A DNA stretch of 64,000 nucleotides from Ptychomitrium polyphyllum (GCA_973851085.1 OZ316776.1:12400001-12464000), one strand, 5' to 3'. Shown: positions 38,985-52,461, counted from the first letter of the stretch. Notes: generated by a model not told the origin, from the sequence alone. Made by a program: numbers and translations.

Positions 38985-39524
38985 TGTAAGAGACACAAGA
39001 AACAAGAAACAGAAATGAAGTTTTTCCTAAGAATTATCTTCTAAAGAGCTAATGATTAACAGAAACTTCATACAAAGATTAGAACAAGGCAAAAAACAAT
39101 ATGATCCACAATTTGTGTTGATAAGACTAAGGAATACTTTATTTTGCCTCCTATTTATACTATGACAATTATATTTGCTAAAAGACTTCTAAAGAAGCTT
39201 TCTACAAAATTTAAGAATATTTTAGAAGTCTTTGGAACCTTCCTAAGAAGCTTCCAAGGAATTAGAACCTTCATTGGGAGTTTTCTAAGGTGGTGGAATC
39301 TTCCTAAGAAATTTCTTGAGGTGATGAAACCTTCCTAGGAAATTTCTTGAGGTGATGGAAGTTTCTTTGGAAGTTTCCTGAAATAGTGGAACCTTCCTAT
39401 GAAATTTTTCAAGAACATGGAAACAGCTATGAAAACATTGAAAGTATTCTAAGAAGCTACTATGATATAATAGAAGGTTCTAAAAGGTTCTAAAGACTAT
39501 GTTGCATGATCTATGTCCAAGACA
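38985..39524 (-). repeat. 5' LTR of the family-A element
   Basis: tgtaagagacacaag...ctatgtccaagaca; minus-strand TATAAAT at 39153-39159; internal ~31-bp tandem units. Confidence 0.92.
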
Positions 39525-41836
39525 ATTTGACAATGATTTTACTTATTACTTTACAATTGTTGAAAAATAATATACAAAATAACAATTATTTTCAAAATAT
39601 ATGCCACATATTTTTATTTAATTTTTTTGAATAATATCATATCCCTTAATTTCCATATTTAAGAAAGGAAAATAAAACAATAAAATATGAAGAATTCAAA
39701 GACATCCTCAAGTATTGAAGGTGTTATAAATTCAAATAAAAAAGAAACTTTGTAGATCCTTCAATCAAACCATATGAATTTTTTGGAATGAAAAAATCAT
39801 ACAATTCTTAATGCACATTGCTTACTATATGACTTTGGTCATTTCTTTAACTCTTATTATACAAAGTAAAAGGAAGTAAAATTTAGTGCCGCATTTATAA
39901 TATACATGAAACAATCTTTACTAGTGACCATTGTAATATCTAAGAAAGTCAAGAATGTAACACTTCAAAGAGAAGAAATTATAACACTCATTTATTTCTT
40001 TAACACCCTAAACTACCATTTGAATTGAAAAACACCTAAAATGAAAATTACAAGCTTATATTATAGAAGAACAAGATTGGTTTAAACACCATTACCTCCA
40101 CATTCCACATCCCAAAACAAGAAAAGGATAGAACCCTCAACCTTCACAAAGGCCTTCATACACACAATCGTTTAACTTGGAAGGAATAGAGCGCCATAGC
40201 ATTAGAAACCGCATGGCACCTCGGTTACGATCAAGGACGTGGACCGGGGAGCCAGTCTGCCGACACGGTGTCGCGTATGCGTTCCTACGGCCGTGCAGGG
40301 TACGAGAGGAACGCGAGAGCTCCCACGTTCGCAGGGGAGAGCGAGGCGCAGGAAGCGGGGGGAACGACAAGGACATGCAAACAAACAATTTCAACAACTC
40401 CCCCCTCCCAAGGCGAGTGGGGAGTCCAACAACCCCGTCTCTCTCGCACACTGTGGCTTCGCTTCACCGCCACTGCTTTCGTCGCCTCGGCCCTCTTCCG
40501 TACCGGCTCCGGAGCTTTCCAACGACCTCTCAAGCGCCCTGTTTGGTGCCCAGTTGCGGTTTTTTCACATCAAGGGGGTGCATCGAGGGGGAGTGCTGAT
40601 TCTCGTAGGGAAGGGCGAGAGCATGTTGATATTCGTTCTTGCGACTTTTTGGGGGCGTGGGCTGCGGGAGTAGCGCCCAAACTGGGAGTTTTGCTACGGC
40701 TTTCTACGAGTGGTTCTTGCGATGACGGCTGGTTGCAGGCTGAAGGTGAGTCGGCAGTTCAGAGTTTTTTCGCGGCGAGGTTTTCTGTGATTGCTGCATT
40801 TCGATCGGGTTGTTGGTGTTTCTTGTATGTTGCAGTCATCATGATGATTGGGAATGTGCGTTGGGGATGTGTTTGTTATGGTGTCAATTATGGTGTCGGA
40901 CGTGAAAATGGTGAGAGCTACGAGATGTGAAGCCACGGTTGGAGTTTGTTTGTATGGCTGCTGAACTTAAGAATGTCCCCGGTAGTCCTGCAGCTGGTGG
41001 TAGAGGAATTTGTGTTTGGGTGTAGAGAACAAGAATTGCAAGAAATCGTTCACTGCAAGATAACGGCCTTGCGGCGTGACAAGGTCAGGACCTGAAGGTA
41101 TGGGTTTGTGACCTATCTACTGAGAGGGGTTTGGCAACCATTTAACACTTTTACGTCATTGGAATACGCTCTGGACCATGCTGGGAGTGCATGACGACGG
41201 TCGGTGGAAAACGATCCTACATAAGTAACGGACGTAAATAGGATGATTGCTCTGCTGCAGTTTGGTGAAGGTTGGAGAATTTCAAGCTTCAAAGGACGCC
41301 AGGCCGAAACAGTTAGCGATGCTTTTGAACGTTTTGAGTTTTGCATGGTTGAGTATTTGATATGGGGCGTGCAAAGGGATGGCCAGTGGGTGCCAAAAGC
41401 AGGGGTAACATCGAACTTTTACTGTAGCTCAGTGGGGTCAGTGCGGGTGTCTCGTGCGTAAAAAGTGAGAAAATAACCGGGAATTGTGCAGACGCATTGT
41501 TGGCCGCATGTTGTTTATTATATTTTAAAAGTGTGTATTCTTTGCAACCTCAGAGTGTATGATGAATAGATGTTTCGGTATAGGCGAATTCTGTAATTTA
41601 GGTTACTCTCCACGAGGATGCTATTTGTTCAGGCATCTGGGTTTGGGAACAGCTCAGCTATTGAGGGGAATGTTCCGAAAGAGCTGAACAGATCGATGTA
41701 GCTAAAACTGGGAGTAACTTACTTCGTGGCTTTTATATGCAAGGCTATAAATTATGAGGATACGGTTTTCACCAGTTGTATGGTTCATGTGTTGCAGGTT
41801 GATGACTGAGCGTGTCATTGATCAGAGAATGCGAAC

Positions 41837-44800
41837 ATGGCCATGGAGGGAATTATATCTAATGGGGCATTTACTGGAGCCACATTAGCAGAAAAGCTCA
41901 CCAAATTGAATGTTTCGCAGCAGAGCATTGAAAGTATCCTCTTGATGCATAGAGCATTTATATTCCACACATTTTGTACACTTCTTTATAAGCCTCCATT
42001 TATCCTAAATAGTCAATTGTTCGTTTCCGAAGGCCAAAACTACGTCACTTGCATGAGTGAATCCTTGACAACATGCAGCTCTGTCGCATTGGTGTATATT
42101 TCACAGAAAGAAGGCCAAAGAAATTGTTGAGACATGGGCAAAGAAATTTCACGAGACGCCAAGGGAGCAGCGCGTGCCCTTTCTTTATCTGGCGAATGAC
42201 ATTTTGCAGAATAGCAGGCGGAAGGGGCCTGAATTTGTGAACGAATTTTGGATTGTGCTGCCCAGGGTCCTTCATGACGTTGTTGACTCTGGAGATGAGT
42301 CCGTCAAGAATGCTGCCTACCGTCTGGTACGAGTTGCAGACTGAATATTTTGATTTAGTCCGCAGTGTGATCTTACCTTAAGAAGAGAAAATTACAATGC
42401 AGATATATAGACATCTGCCTGTGTTTGTAATGGATAAGCCGGCTATGATGTTTTAAGAAGCTTTCGCTCGATCAGCAAAATCTAGAGTTGAAGTCGTTAT
42501 AAAAAACCCGAATGCTAATTCTATTTTAGCTTGAGTGATATTTGGAGATTGTGGAATGAGGGACTTCAGGTAGACATTTGGGAGGAAAGACGAGTATTTG
42601 GATCTCGTGCACAAGGCCTCCGTGAAGAACTGTTGGGTAAAAAACCTCAACTTCATGGGCATGAAGGAAAGCATTTCAGTGCCCTTCCATTTCAGGTAAC
42701 ATTAGAAGTACTCTCCTGCTTCGCTCAAAGAACGCAATTGATCAGTTCAGTTGGTGGCTAGAATTAGGTTTACAAGGACTTTTATAAAACTGCTATTGCA
42801 TCTTCCGGATTCATCCAGTCTCTGATCGACACTACCTTGTTGTGGGGACGGACGGAAGATGTTTGAAGGGAGCATGCTGGAACGAGTGGCAAGGTCCTAC
42901 CATGCAGTTCAAGAAAAGGCTGCTGATGAATACGGAGCTTTGTACAAGTATTCTGCTGCTGTGGCGCAGATCGAAAGCCTAGAGAAGGAGGCTGAAGGTG
43001 GCGTTGGCTATGGTATCACCTTTCATCTTGATTCAAACTCGAATTATTTCAAGGTCCTTATGTCCTATCTTTGTTTATGCTAAATTTCATCCAGGTCCAT
43101 TGCACTACGTACTGCCCCTCAAACCAGATTTGAGAGCTTGAGATCAGTGCACCTGCTGGATTGGTTTGATTTGTAGGACCGATTTCATATTAAACGTGCA
43201 TCGAATGAGATGGAATTTCTGTGTCCACAAAGTCTTGTGCCCATCAGCTTGGGTCTGTATTGTACTTGATAGGCTTTCAAAGCCCATGTGTTGGAATAAT
43301 TTCGAAGACAATGCTGAACTAGCCAACTATTGGATTCAATTGAATGTGTTAATTTCACTTCGTTTCCTGTCGCGATGATCAGGGACTTTGCAGACATCGA
43401 TAGCCGATGAGCTCTTGGGACAACAAGCAGTGATTAGGCGGTGCGTAGAACAGCTTGAAGGGTGTGAGATGAGCCACGCCTTGCTCTGTTCCCAGTTAAA
43501 GGATGTTCTTCTTGAACAGGTGATTTTGGTACTCTTAATCTATCTTGAGAGGAAGAGGTAATTTTTATTTCCAAGCTGCTCAGCAATATTTTTAAATGAG
43601 AAGAATACTTAACTCGGTTGCCCTGAGAAGAAGTATACTTAAGAGCTAAGATTGGCTCAGATGCGAAGAAGCGCGTATGCAGGTACAAATCATGCCAAAT
43701 CTGATATATGTCACCAGTTCTCAAGCATTACAGAAGCTACATCACTTTATGGACTCAACAAAGTGTTATATTCTAAATCTCCCACTTTTCCTGCAGGAAA
43801 GTAAACTGGAGCAAGTTAGGACACACCTTCAGGTCTGTACTACTTTCTACAGCTTCGTTATAACTGATATAATTTGCATGTCTCCATGGTTGAATTTCGA
43901 GAACTAAACATCATCATACACCGTCACTGTAACTTCGATGTGAAATTAGAGGTAATGGGTCCAGAATCCTAATATCTTATGGCCAGTCGTGTTTAAACAC
44001 GTATACCCGAGCACTTCAGCTGTTGATGTACTTGCATTGAGCCGTGTGCATCTACAGTAGTTTCCCTCGATTATTAGATGCACATTTGAACATGAAAGGT
44101 AGTACTTGACTTAGAGAAGTGGTATTTGCAGATAGCTCAAGCACAGCTAGAACAAGCTGGAAGCATCCATCACCGCTTGACAAGCAAAAATGCAAGCCCT
44201 GGAACAGCAGTTGACTTTCCTAATGAAAAATCAGCTCCCCACAATGGTTCCATTCAAGACAACGCAGTAGATCACTTGGGTAGAAGTCAGATGCCAAGCA
44301 ACAAGGACAACGGTCAAGTAGCTTCCCCAAATGCACCCAGTTCTCGAAGCAAAGTTTTTATTACTACCGAGTCAGCAGAGAACAACTCTCAGTCAACATC
44401 AGCAGCAAAAGTGGCGGCAGAGGTTGCGGCCAAGCTCACAGCCAGCTCTTCCTCAGCTGCTATGCTGACCTCAGTGTTGTCTTCACTGGCTGCAGAAGAA
44501 GCAAACGGGGGAGTGCAGTCATCCAGTTTTAGTGCAGACGGAGGGCGCCCATTAGAGAAGAGGCCAAGGCTAGAAGGAAGTGGTCTTGAAGTGGTCTCTC
44601 CTTCTGATACTTCTCCATATCCACCACCTCCACCCATGCCACAATACTTGAGCAGCTCTGCGGCACCCTTACCTTACGCATATCAGTCCATATTGCCTCC
44701 GCCTCCACCTCCTCTTCCAGGTCGTGTGATGATGAATCAGCATTCACTGGGTTTACCACCTCAGCCCATTCCACCAGGTTGTGCTCCAGCTGCTTATCAG

Positions 44801-44869
44801 CCTTTTCCTCCTCCTGGCATGCCTTATTACAGCCAGCCGCCTCTCCCTGCTCCACCTGCTCCTCGATAG
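41837..44869 (+). CDS. CID-domain (RNA Pol II CTD-interacting) RPRD1/CREPT-like protein, multi-exon
   Basis: LAEKLTKLNVSQQSIET|LSHWCIFHRKKA..FLYLANDILQNSRRKG..|VDIWEERRVFG; coiled-coil exons; AAEVAAKLTASSSSAAML motif; Pro-rich tail. Exons include 41837-41933, 42079-42326, 42570-42695. Long 5'UTR intron ~40746-41797. Confidence 0.92.
41934..42078 (+). other. U12-type (minor spliceosome) GT-AG intron
   Basis: 5' site GTATCCTC; branch site TCCTTGAC (42062-42069) 9 nt from the intron end; no polypyrimidine tract; splicing restores SIETLSHWC. Confidence 0.88.
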
Positions 44870-45444
44870 TGAGATTGAGCGAGTGGCCTAGTAGATGCAA
44901 CTGAGAGATCTGCAAAAGAGATTTAGCTGATTGTAGTTCTCTGCTTACAAACATTCAGAGCTCGTCTCTGTACTCAAGAGGACATGTTGGTTGGTGCAAA
45001 TCTGAAGCCCTGAAACTATGTCTGCTTTGCCAGCAAGAGTATTTTGCGCCCATAGCTTGGGGGTATTAATTATATGCTTCACTATGCAGTTATCATACCA
45101 TGAACTTGCTGTAGACCTTCCTCGCTCTTGCTATTGATTCAATAGCCTGTGATGAGTTATCGTAATACATTCTTACGTGTACCATACAACCTGCATCAAG
45201 CACACTGCACCAACACGTTGCCTTCCTAGGACAGCTGAGAGTTGTGAAAGCATGAAGCTCATGGGATCTTGTGAATTGAATACTCTGAGTTCAATGATCA
45301 TATAAAAAGAAAATTGCCCACAATCTGAGCTTGTATTGAGGTGGCCACTAGTGCACTCGTCATTTTCCTAGAACTGAGGATGAATTTTCCTCTCTACAAG
45401 AAACCAGGTAAATGGAAGACAAAAAAAAGTCGACAAATCATCAA

Positions 45445-46842
45445 CTATTCTGCAGTGGCTTCTTCCTCTTCGGTGTAGGTAGAAGCATCGTAGTCGATGT
45501 AGTCATCATCCTCGGCATCATCGTCATCAAAGCCCAGGCTGAGAGCTTGCATCTTGAACCCTGCCTGCTCGATGAGTTCTACCAAACTCGAGGCAACACC
45601 GGTTGCTTGGATGTTGGTCTGCTTCACTAACTGCGACAATCACAACAGAGACCACGTTAATTATGCATGTAAGTGAACAGTTTAGTCTTCAGATAAAAGC
45701 AGGTACTCTGATAGCGAAACAACGATGTACTAGTCGTAGCACTTATGGCTACTCTAGATCACTTTCCGTCTCTACTTCTGAAATGTCACGCTTCTCAACT
45801 CCAACGTAAATAGGAAGGTCACATTACCTCAACGGTAGCAGCACCCTCATCGATGTACACCTTGACCTGGCTCACGCCCTTAGTTCCCTGCAATGAAAAC
45901 TCTCAATTCAGCCACGGACGAACCAAAGATCAGAAACCCTACCAAACGTACATGCATTCTTACTTTCTGAAGCACATGTAATAAGATCCCCCAATTATAT
46001 ATGTAACTAAAAAGGTCGAAGAGTTGCATTGTTACCTCGAGAATCTTGGTAACTTTTGAGACCGCGTTCTCATTCAACGACCCTTCTGCCTGCAATATAA
46101 GCCAAGTGTAAACATTGCAAACCTCTGAACTTCTTGACAAACTTCACATAAGTGTGTACTCCTTAATACATCTAGCAAAGCAGAAATACTTATAAGAACG
46201 CTATATTCAATAGCCACAAATTTCAGAAAACTCTAGGGAACTGATCTTGAACCAGAGAAGAAGCAACAATCAGAACGATATTACTTGCTCTTGTATTTCT
46301 TCTAGTTAATAGAACTAAGACTAGGATTGCGACAAATATCAGGAACACTGTATAGGGCAATGTCGAAAGACAGACAAAAGAGAAGACTGTCCAAGACAGT
46401 GCAACCCTGGAAATGAACGCTGTTTTGCAGAACCCGGAAAGAAAAGATTCGCGTAGTGAAACGGGGATCATAATCCTCAGAGACGCCAGTTATCTTCTTC
46501 AACATATCAAAATCGGAGCTTGCGTAGTCTCGAAGGGAGAACTACCTTGAAGTACATGGAGAGGCTCTCTGCAGGCGCACCAGAGTCAGTTTGGCTAGCA
46601 GAGACGGCTTCGTCCACAACTGCGCTGGCTACAAATCTCACACTGCTGCTGCCCCTGCATCTCCACCTGTCAACACCGATAGCACGCAACCTCGCGCCCA
46701 AGGTGGAAACGGCTCCAAACCTCGCTCCCAACGCAGCGCACCTCGTCACGGCCCTGCAACCTCGCACACCCTGGCTGTCTAGGGTTACCCTGGGGCCCTG
46801 GACCACTCTCAAAGTTGTCATCTGGCAAGCCACCGCTGCCAT
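45445..46842 (-). CDS. Plastid-targeted HMA-like (heavy-metal-associated fold) protein; exons 46842-46546, 46089-46036, 45887-45828, 45630-45445
   Basis: Transit-peptide-like N-terminus, then SMYFK|AEGSLNENAVSKVTKILE|GTKGVSQVKVYIDEGAATVE|LVKQTNIQATGVASSLVELIEQAGFKMQALSLGFDD; acidic tail; no CxxC. Confidence 0.85.
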
Positions 46843-49839
46843 TGCGTACAGATTCCCAAGTCCCCAACCTTAATTTCTCCTCAAAGCTTCAGATGACAAG
46901 GATTCCACGCAAAACCCAGCTCCAGTCCCAGAACTCAAGAGATGATATGTGACACTGCACCTCCCAGGGGAATTGACAGAACTCCCAGGTTTCTGGCTCA
47001 AGCGCAACGAGATAAAGAAGTACAGGTGAGTAGAGGAGAGAGCAAATTGTGCAGTGCTCTCCGACAATGAACCAGCAACGGCGAGAGATGGAGAGGATGA
47101 GGGAATCGACGCGGAGGGAGTGAGGCAAGAGGGCGCACAACAAGGCTATTACACAGGCAGAGTTGGATAAGGAAACACACAGCCGACAGACTTCGTTCGT
47201 TGCGCGGACGCCGTTTGTCCCTGTGGACTTCGTTCTTCAACAGACTTTGTTCGTTCCGAATCTTCGTCGGTGCTCTCCTTCGCTGCTCCTACTCGGGAGT
47301 CTCAATTGCAGACTTCATTCTATGCGTGCAGCTGCCGCAGGTTTGAACTTGGGTTCCAGTTGAAGGTTTTTGGTGTAAGCTTAATTACAAAGCACCTCAG
47401 TTTTAGGAATGAACCAAATGTGGGCTTATTTTTCGGTCAAGACATATGAAGCAACGTGTTCCTTTAATAGCTTCTATAATGATGCCCACTGTTTGCTTTG
47501 GTTTGTGAACGGAAGCATTCCTGACATACTAGCAAATCGCATAGTTGTCGTACAGAACGAAAACATGGCTGACATCCCAATAGAAGCTTAGCAAAAACAC
47601 ACCAGATCAGATTCTCTATCTTTAAAGGTGCGACCCGAAACTGGAGTACTGTATCTTTTGATACCCGTGATATTTGTTGTGCAGAAAGATCACGGGCAAA
47701 GACCATAGCCAATATGGAGCCTGGGCTTGGGGAGCGTCACATACGGGGAAAGACTAGCTCCTATGCTGGCTACATTGTTGATATCCTGCTTGTTAGCGCT
47801 GGCCTTATGTTTGTTTCACCTCTGGTGTTGAAGGGCGGTAAATGAAGGAGAACCAACTCTATGTACGGCTTGCGGATATGCTTCGCCTATGGTTCTCAAA
47901 TCTCTTTGAATGGGGAATACAGCAGGATTGATTGTGTACACTAGGTACTGCTGTTAACAATCGATATGCCTTTATTAATGTGCAGGCATCAGAACACGGA
48001 GACAATGAGATTCAACATAGGATAGTTGGATAACCGGATTGCTATGCCAGTGCGACCAGAAGAACCTCCTTGGAAAACTTCTGTCGTTGGTGGTGCCCTA
48101 GATGTAAGTTCTGATGTTTGAATTAGCTCCCTTCTTAACCAAGAAATTGTATACTGTGTAAGCTGACTTGATAACAACAAAGTAACTGGGTTTTACACTT
48201 GAGCAAAATTTAGTCTGAACAATTAACATTGGCTGTTTCTACTTACCAGAAAGCGAGCAAGTTAATTGCAACTCGTATAACAGAAAACTTTGGTTAGTTG
48301 GAAAGGGGACAAATTCCACCCAACGTACATGCATTGAAGAACCTTGCCGCTGCCACAACATGATAAATTTGAGCGATGAGGTCTTTGATATAGCGTTTTA
48401 TTTGACTTCTTGGTCTTGATATTGCGGCTTAGCAGAGTATCTCGCTTATCAACTTTCAAGTCTCTGTTGACATTGACGGGATCAAACACAACGTAAGCTG
48501 CTCCTCTCCTCAAGTACTTCGAGAAACGTTCTGGGAATGAGGACGTTGAATCTCTCTATTTTCCTGCCGGTAACTGTATTTTAGTAGGGAACTTTAGATA
48601 CTGGCTTCAGTGCTCACTTCTGACAGATATATTCAGATGGAATGACTGGAGAAGGCATAGGAAGCTCTCTGCTGCGGTTGAAAAAATCCGAAGTTCATGC
48701 AGAAGCTCATATTCTTCATGATATTAGAGGTCTTCTTGTGTGCAGCTTGACGGGAATTGCTTCGTTGACCACGAAGAAAATGAGGCAGCGGGCACTCGCT
48801 TACTGATTTATGGACATGCGTGTCTTCTGCGATGGTTTTCTTTGGATTATCTATTGCAGCAAATAGAATCTGATTGTGGACGTCATCGTGAGGTTGCATT
48901 GAAATTCCTTTGATTGCAGTCCTCTTCTTTTCTATGTTCTCAGATTATGTTGTGGACAACCTATATGTTTTCTCTATTTTCTTTTATGTATTAACGGCAT
49001 GTGAAAAGTGTATCTGGCGTCGTTGATCATATTGATCCCATAATTACTGTCTGTGTTACAATCCCTTTTGAATGAACTTCTGGAAGCTGTGAGTGGCACA
49101 TTGGATGCACATTTACGTAATTCAAGCTGGTCAGTCTATAGAACGTCGCTTCGTTTCAGCGAATACATCCTTGACATGATTATACTTTTACCTGCCAATC
49201 CAACCCCCTCTGTAAAGTTAATGATTTTCACAAAGGCTCCGCAATTAAAAAGTTTGGTTTGGGGAGCGAGAGGCAGCAATTTTGTTACCATCAGAGGGGT
49301 CATATTCAGTTAAGTTTCAATAACAGCTGCTTCGATTCTACTTCTGAAATCAAGCACCCCTGCTTCGATTCCATTCGTCAAAATGGAAGCCGAGTTGACG
49401 GGAGATTTCTTAGTATCTATTCCCAAGGGCTCAGGGAATTTCGATTTTGCCATCCCAAATCTTAAATGCAGCGGAACTATGTTCTATTAACCCTTGAGGT
49501 CGACGGATAGTGCGTCGTGAATTTCGTGGAGCTGTATCTACGTTGCGAGATTTCAGTTGCTGGACTTTACCGCAGGAACCATATAGCAAAACAAAGACCA
49601 GTTCGACAATAAAGAAACAAACTACGCCAATCCGTCAACAAGTCCACTGCCGACAGAACAGAAACGATCCCATCCTCTGTCGCAGTGACGGGCTAGCTAT
49701 GATCAAGACAAAGCGTTGGTTAGAGCGATTAGTAAGAGACCAGCTCCTAGTATTGTTGCATGTAACTCCAGATTTATGTGCACTTATCTAAATTAGTACA
49801 CGATCTTTGGCACTCCCATATCCTTAGTTTGATGATGAG

Positions 49840-50468
49840 CATAGGAGGTTGTAGCGGCAGAAACTAATAGACCATGAGTGGTCAATGAATAGGATGTAGC
49901 TGAGCTCCTTTGTCATCCTAAGATCATGTAAAAGTTGGGATTGGAGCTTGATACCATTGTGAAAATGTCACACACAGTACAGGAATCTAACCTTCAAAGT
50001 CTTCCCTACTTGAATGCTGTTCTGAAGATAACTTCCGTTTTCACCCACCAAGGCCTCTTCTCGTTCCTCATAAGAGCACACAGGCAACCTAAATTGCTGG
50101 CTATAACATACCTGCAGAAAGAAGTGTTTCTACACGTCGATACTATGGCACGGGACCCTTCAGTGGGAGATCGGCCCACTGAATTCGACCCAGAAAGGTT
50201 CCTTCATCTCACGGAGATGCAGAAACAGGCTCAGAAATTGAAACTCTTGACATTCGGATTGGGAGGACGGAGTTGCCCCGGGATGCGTAAACGACTCCTG
50301 ATTTCAACCTTAGCACTTGCCCACCTTGTGCGCATCTTCGACTGGTCATCAGATGAAATACTGGACATGACGGAAATAAGTGCCGAACTAAAGTTACAGA
50401 TGGAAGTCCAATTTTCGTACCTCCGCATCCAAGCTCGTCTGCCAATACACGAACTGTACTTAGCTTAA
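49840..50468 (+). pseudogene. Cytochrome P450 (CYP71-clan-like) 3' fragment
   Basis: ELLCHPKIM*KLGLELD, LPYLNAVLK with the ExxR region frameshifted, FDPERF, heme motif FGLGGRSCPG; no N-terminal half recognised. Confidence 0.85.
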
Positions 50469-51162
50469 ATCCACCAAACACATCAAATCAGTGTAGTACT
50501 CACTGCAATTCAGTGTCAGAAATGCAATCGAGAAAATCACGGATCTATCCGACTCCAATTCTCCATCTTTCTAAAAAGCTATCAAACTCTCCATTTCGTT
50601 CAGAAAAATGTGCATTCAAATGTCAATGTAATAAACGAATTCTGATTTATATAAAAACAAAATGAGCTTAGCTGCAATCTTCGAAGCAACAGTACAAGGC
50701 CCTCCACAAGCATGCAAGAAACATGGTCATGGCGATAGACGAACATGATGATGCCCAACGAATCAACGGATACCTAAAATGGATAACCATTTGAAACCTT
50801 AGCTAAACTAACAACTCCATCACGGAAAAAGACTACAACTATTTCCAAACAAAAATGACATAGAGCAGAACAATGAACCACCTTCAGCTTTAGAATATTC
50901 TGAAAATTGGACTACAGTCCAGAATTAGCCACACAACTGCTTTATCCAAAATCACCAGCTAACTCGAACTACTTATGCATCAGATGTCTTTAGTTAACTA
51001 CAGGAAGTTCGACCTATTCGTACATCAGATGCTTCAGCCCAGGCTTGTCTCAAAACCGACAACTCACAGTCATCCCTAACTCTCACTACAAATTCTCATT
51101 GGAATTCTCGCATTCCCAAGAATCAGAAGACCTGCACTTACTCTCAGCACAATGTAGAAACT

Positions 51163-52461
51163 TCAGAGGTCGAACTCGTCGTCCTTCAGAGCCTCCAGTG
51201 CCGCAGCCTCCTCCTCGTCATCGTCCAGCACGAAGTAAGGGTTGTGCGACACCGGCCTGAACTTGTACCCCGTGTAGATGTAGAACGCCAGGTTCGCCGC
51301 CTCCTCCGCGAACTTCGACGTCCACCGGTACCGGTACACCGTCACCGTGTACAGCGCGAACACCACTATCCGCGTGAAGTAGATGTAGCTCACCACCACG
51401 ATGTAGAACTGCCGGAACAGCGTCAGCTTCACCAGGTTCCGCGCCGCCTTCCCGTCCGTCCGCGACGCCTCCCGCAGGTGCTTGATCGACCACACGATCG
51501 GGAACAGCACCGCGCAGCAGCAGATGATGTCCAGCAGCAGGAACACCTGCTTCCACGTGAAGAAGTCCTTCGTCGACGGCCCCGCCTCGTCGTACACGAT
51601 GTACGCCGTGTTCGCGAACACCTGCAGCGGGATCACCACCATCAGCACCTTCTTCTCCTTGTCCTGCAGGAACGGCTTCAGGAACGACCACCCCGTCCCG
51701 ACCAGCACGATCACGCTGAACAGCAGCAGCCCCCGCAGGAAGTTGAACACGTAGTACGCCACGTCCCACCCGTGCGCCGTCCCCGTCCGCTTCACGAACT
51801 GCTTGTCCTCCGCCTCGCAGATCATGTTCAGCGCCTTCACCACCACCAGCAGCCCCATCAGCACGTGGATCCGCTGCACCGACGCCCGCTGCGCCCAGCA
51901 CACCCACGCCCACACCCCCAGCACCGCCACGTTCGCCAGAAAGAACGCGAAGTACATCCGCGGCAGCACCGTCTGCCCCACCGGCAGAAAGTCCTTGAAC
52001 CCGCCCTCCACATTGTACATCGACGTCACCACCTCCATCGACACCTCCGTCCTCACGCAGTTCTCGAAGAACAGGCTGTACTCGTTCGACCCCTCCACCA
52101 GGTGCGTCAGGTTCCACTTCTCCGTCTCCGCCAGCGTGAACAGCGTGTGCATCAGCTTGCTGTCCATCAGGCAGTTCTTCCCCTGCGCCTCCAGGTTGCT
52201 CAGCACCGGCACCAGGTCCTCCATCGTCGACAGGAAGAACCCCATCCGCCCCCGGTCCGCATTCGCCTCCTTCACGTTCACGTTCGACACCACCACGTCC
52301 ACGTACCCCCCCGGCACGAACCCGAACGTCTCGAACGAGATGATGGCGCGCGCGTCGTCCTTGATCGACAGGTGCTTGATCTCGCCCCAAGCTGCCGGAA
52401 CCAAGCTCGCCGCCACCGCCACCGCCATCAGCCCGCTCAGCACCCGCCCCCGCAACGCCAT
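51163..52461 (-). CDS. GPR107/GPR108-type lung seven-transmembrane receptor (CAND6/7-like), intronless
   Basis: Signal peptide MALRGRVLSGLMAVAVAASLVPAAWG|EIKHL; seven hydrophobic segments; GTGWSFLKPFLQDKEKKVLM; KLTLFRQFYIVVVSYIYFTRI; NPYF. An upstream in-frame ATG exists at 52560. Confidence 0.95.
   Translation of the reverse strand: MALRGRVLSGLMAVAVAASLVPAAWGEIKHLSIKDDARAIISFETFGFVPGGYVDVVVSNVNVKEANADRGRMGFFLSTMEDLVPVLSNLEAQGKNCLMDSKLMHTLFTLAETEKWNLTHLVEGSNEYSLFFENCVRTEVSMEVVTSMYNVEGGFKDFLPVGQTVLPRMYFAFFLANVAVLGVWAWVCWAQRASVQRIHVLMGLLVVVKALNMICEAEDKQFVKRTGTAHGWDVAYYVFNFLRGLLLFSVIVLVGTGWSFLKPFLQDKEKKVLMVVIPLQVFANTAYIVYDEAGPSTKDFFTWKQVFLLLDIICCCAVLFPIVWSIKHLREASRTDGKAARNLVKLTLFRQFYIVVVSYIYFTRIVVFALYTVTVYRYRWTSKFAEEAANLAFYIYTGYKFRPVSHNPYFVLDDDEEEAAALEALKDDEFDL

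Larger units (their letters stand above)
16071..39524 (-). mobile_element. Outer Ty3/Gypsy chromovirus (family A, Tcn1/Tf1-like), decayed, hosting nested insertions
   Basis: TG...CA LTRs at 16071-16505 and 38985-39524; TSD ATTTG on both sides (16066-16070, 39525-39529); PPT at 16506-16520. Minus-strand remnants: gag knuckle CLYCGKFGHKVHDC (~37800), protease ALLDTG (37337-37594), RT (~20300-21138), RNase H EADASGFA (19945-20202), integrase HPQIDGQT (17751-17972), chromodomain EYEIQEILDSR (~17170-17350). Confidence 0.93.

Noticed and set aside
40137..40936. ORFs of 140-220 aa upstream of the CID gene
   Set aside because: GC-rich promoter, 5'UTR exon and intron start; no motifs
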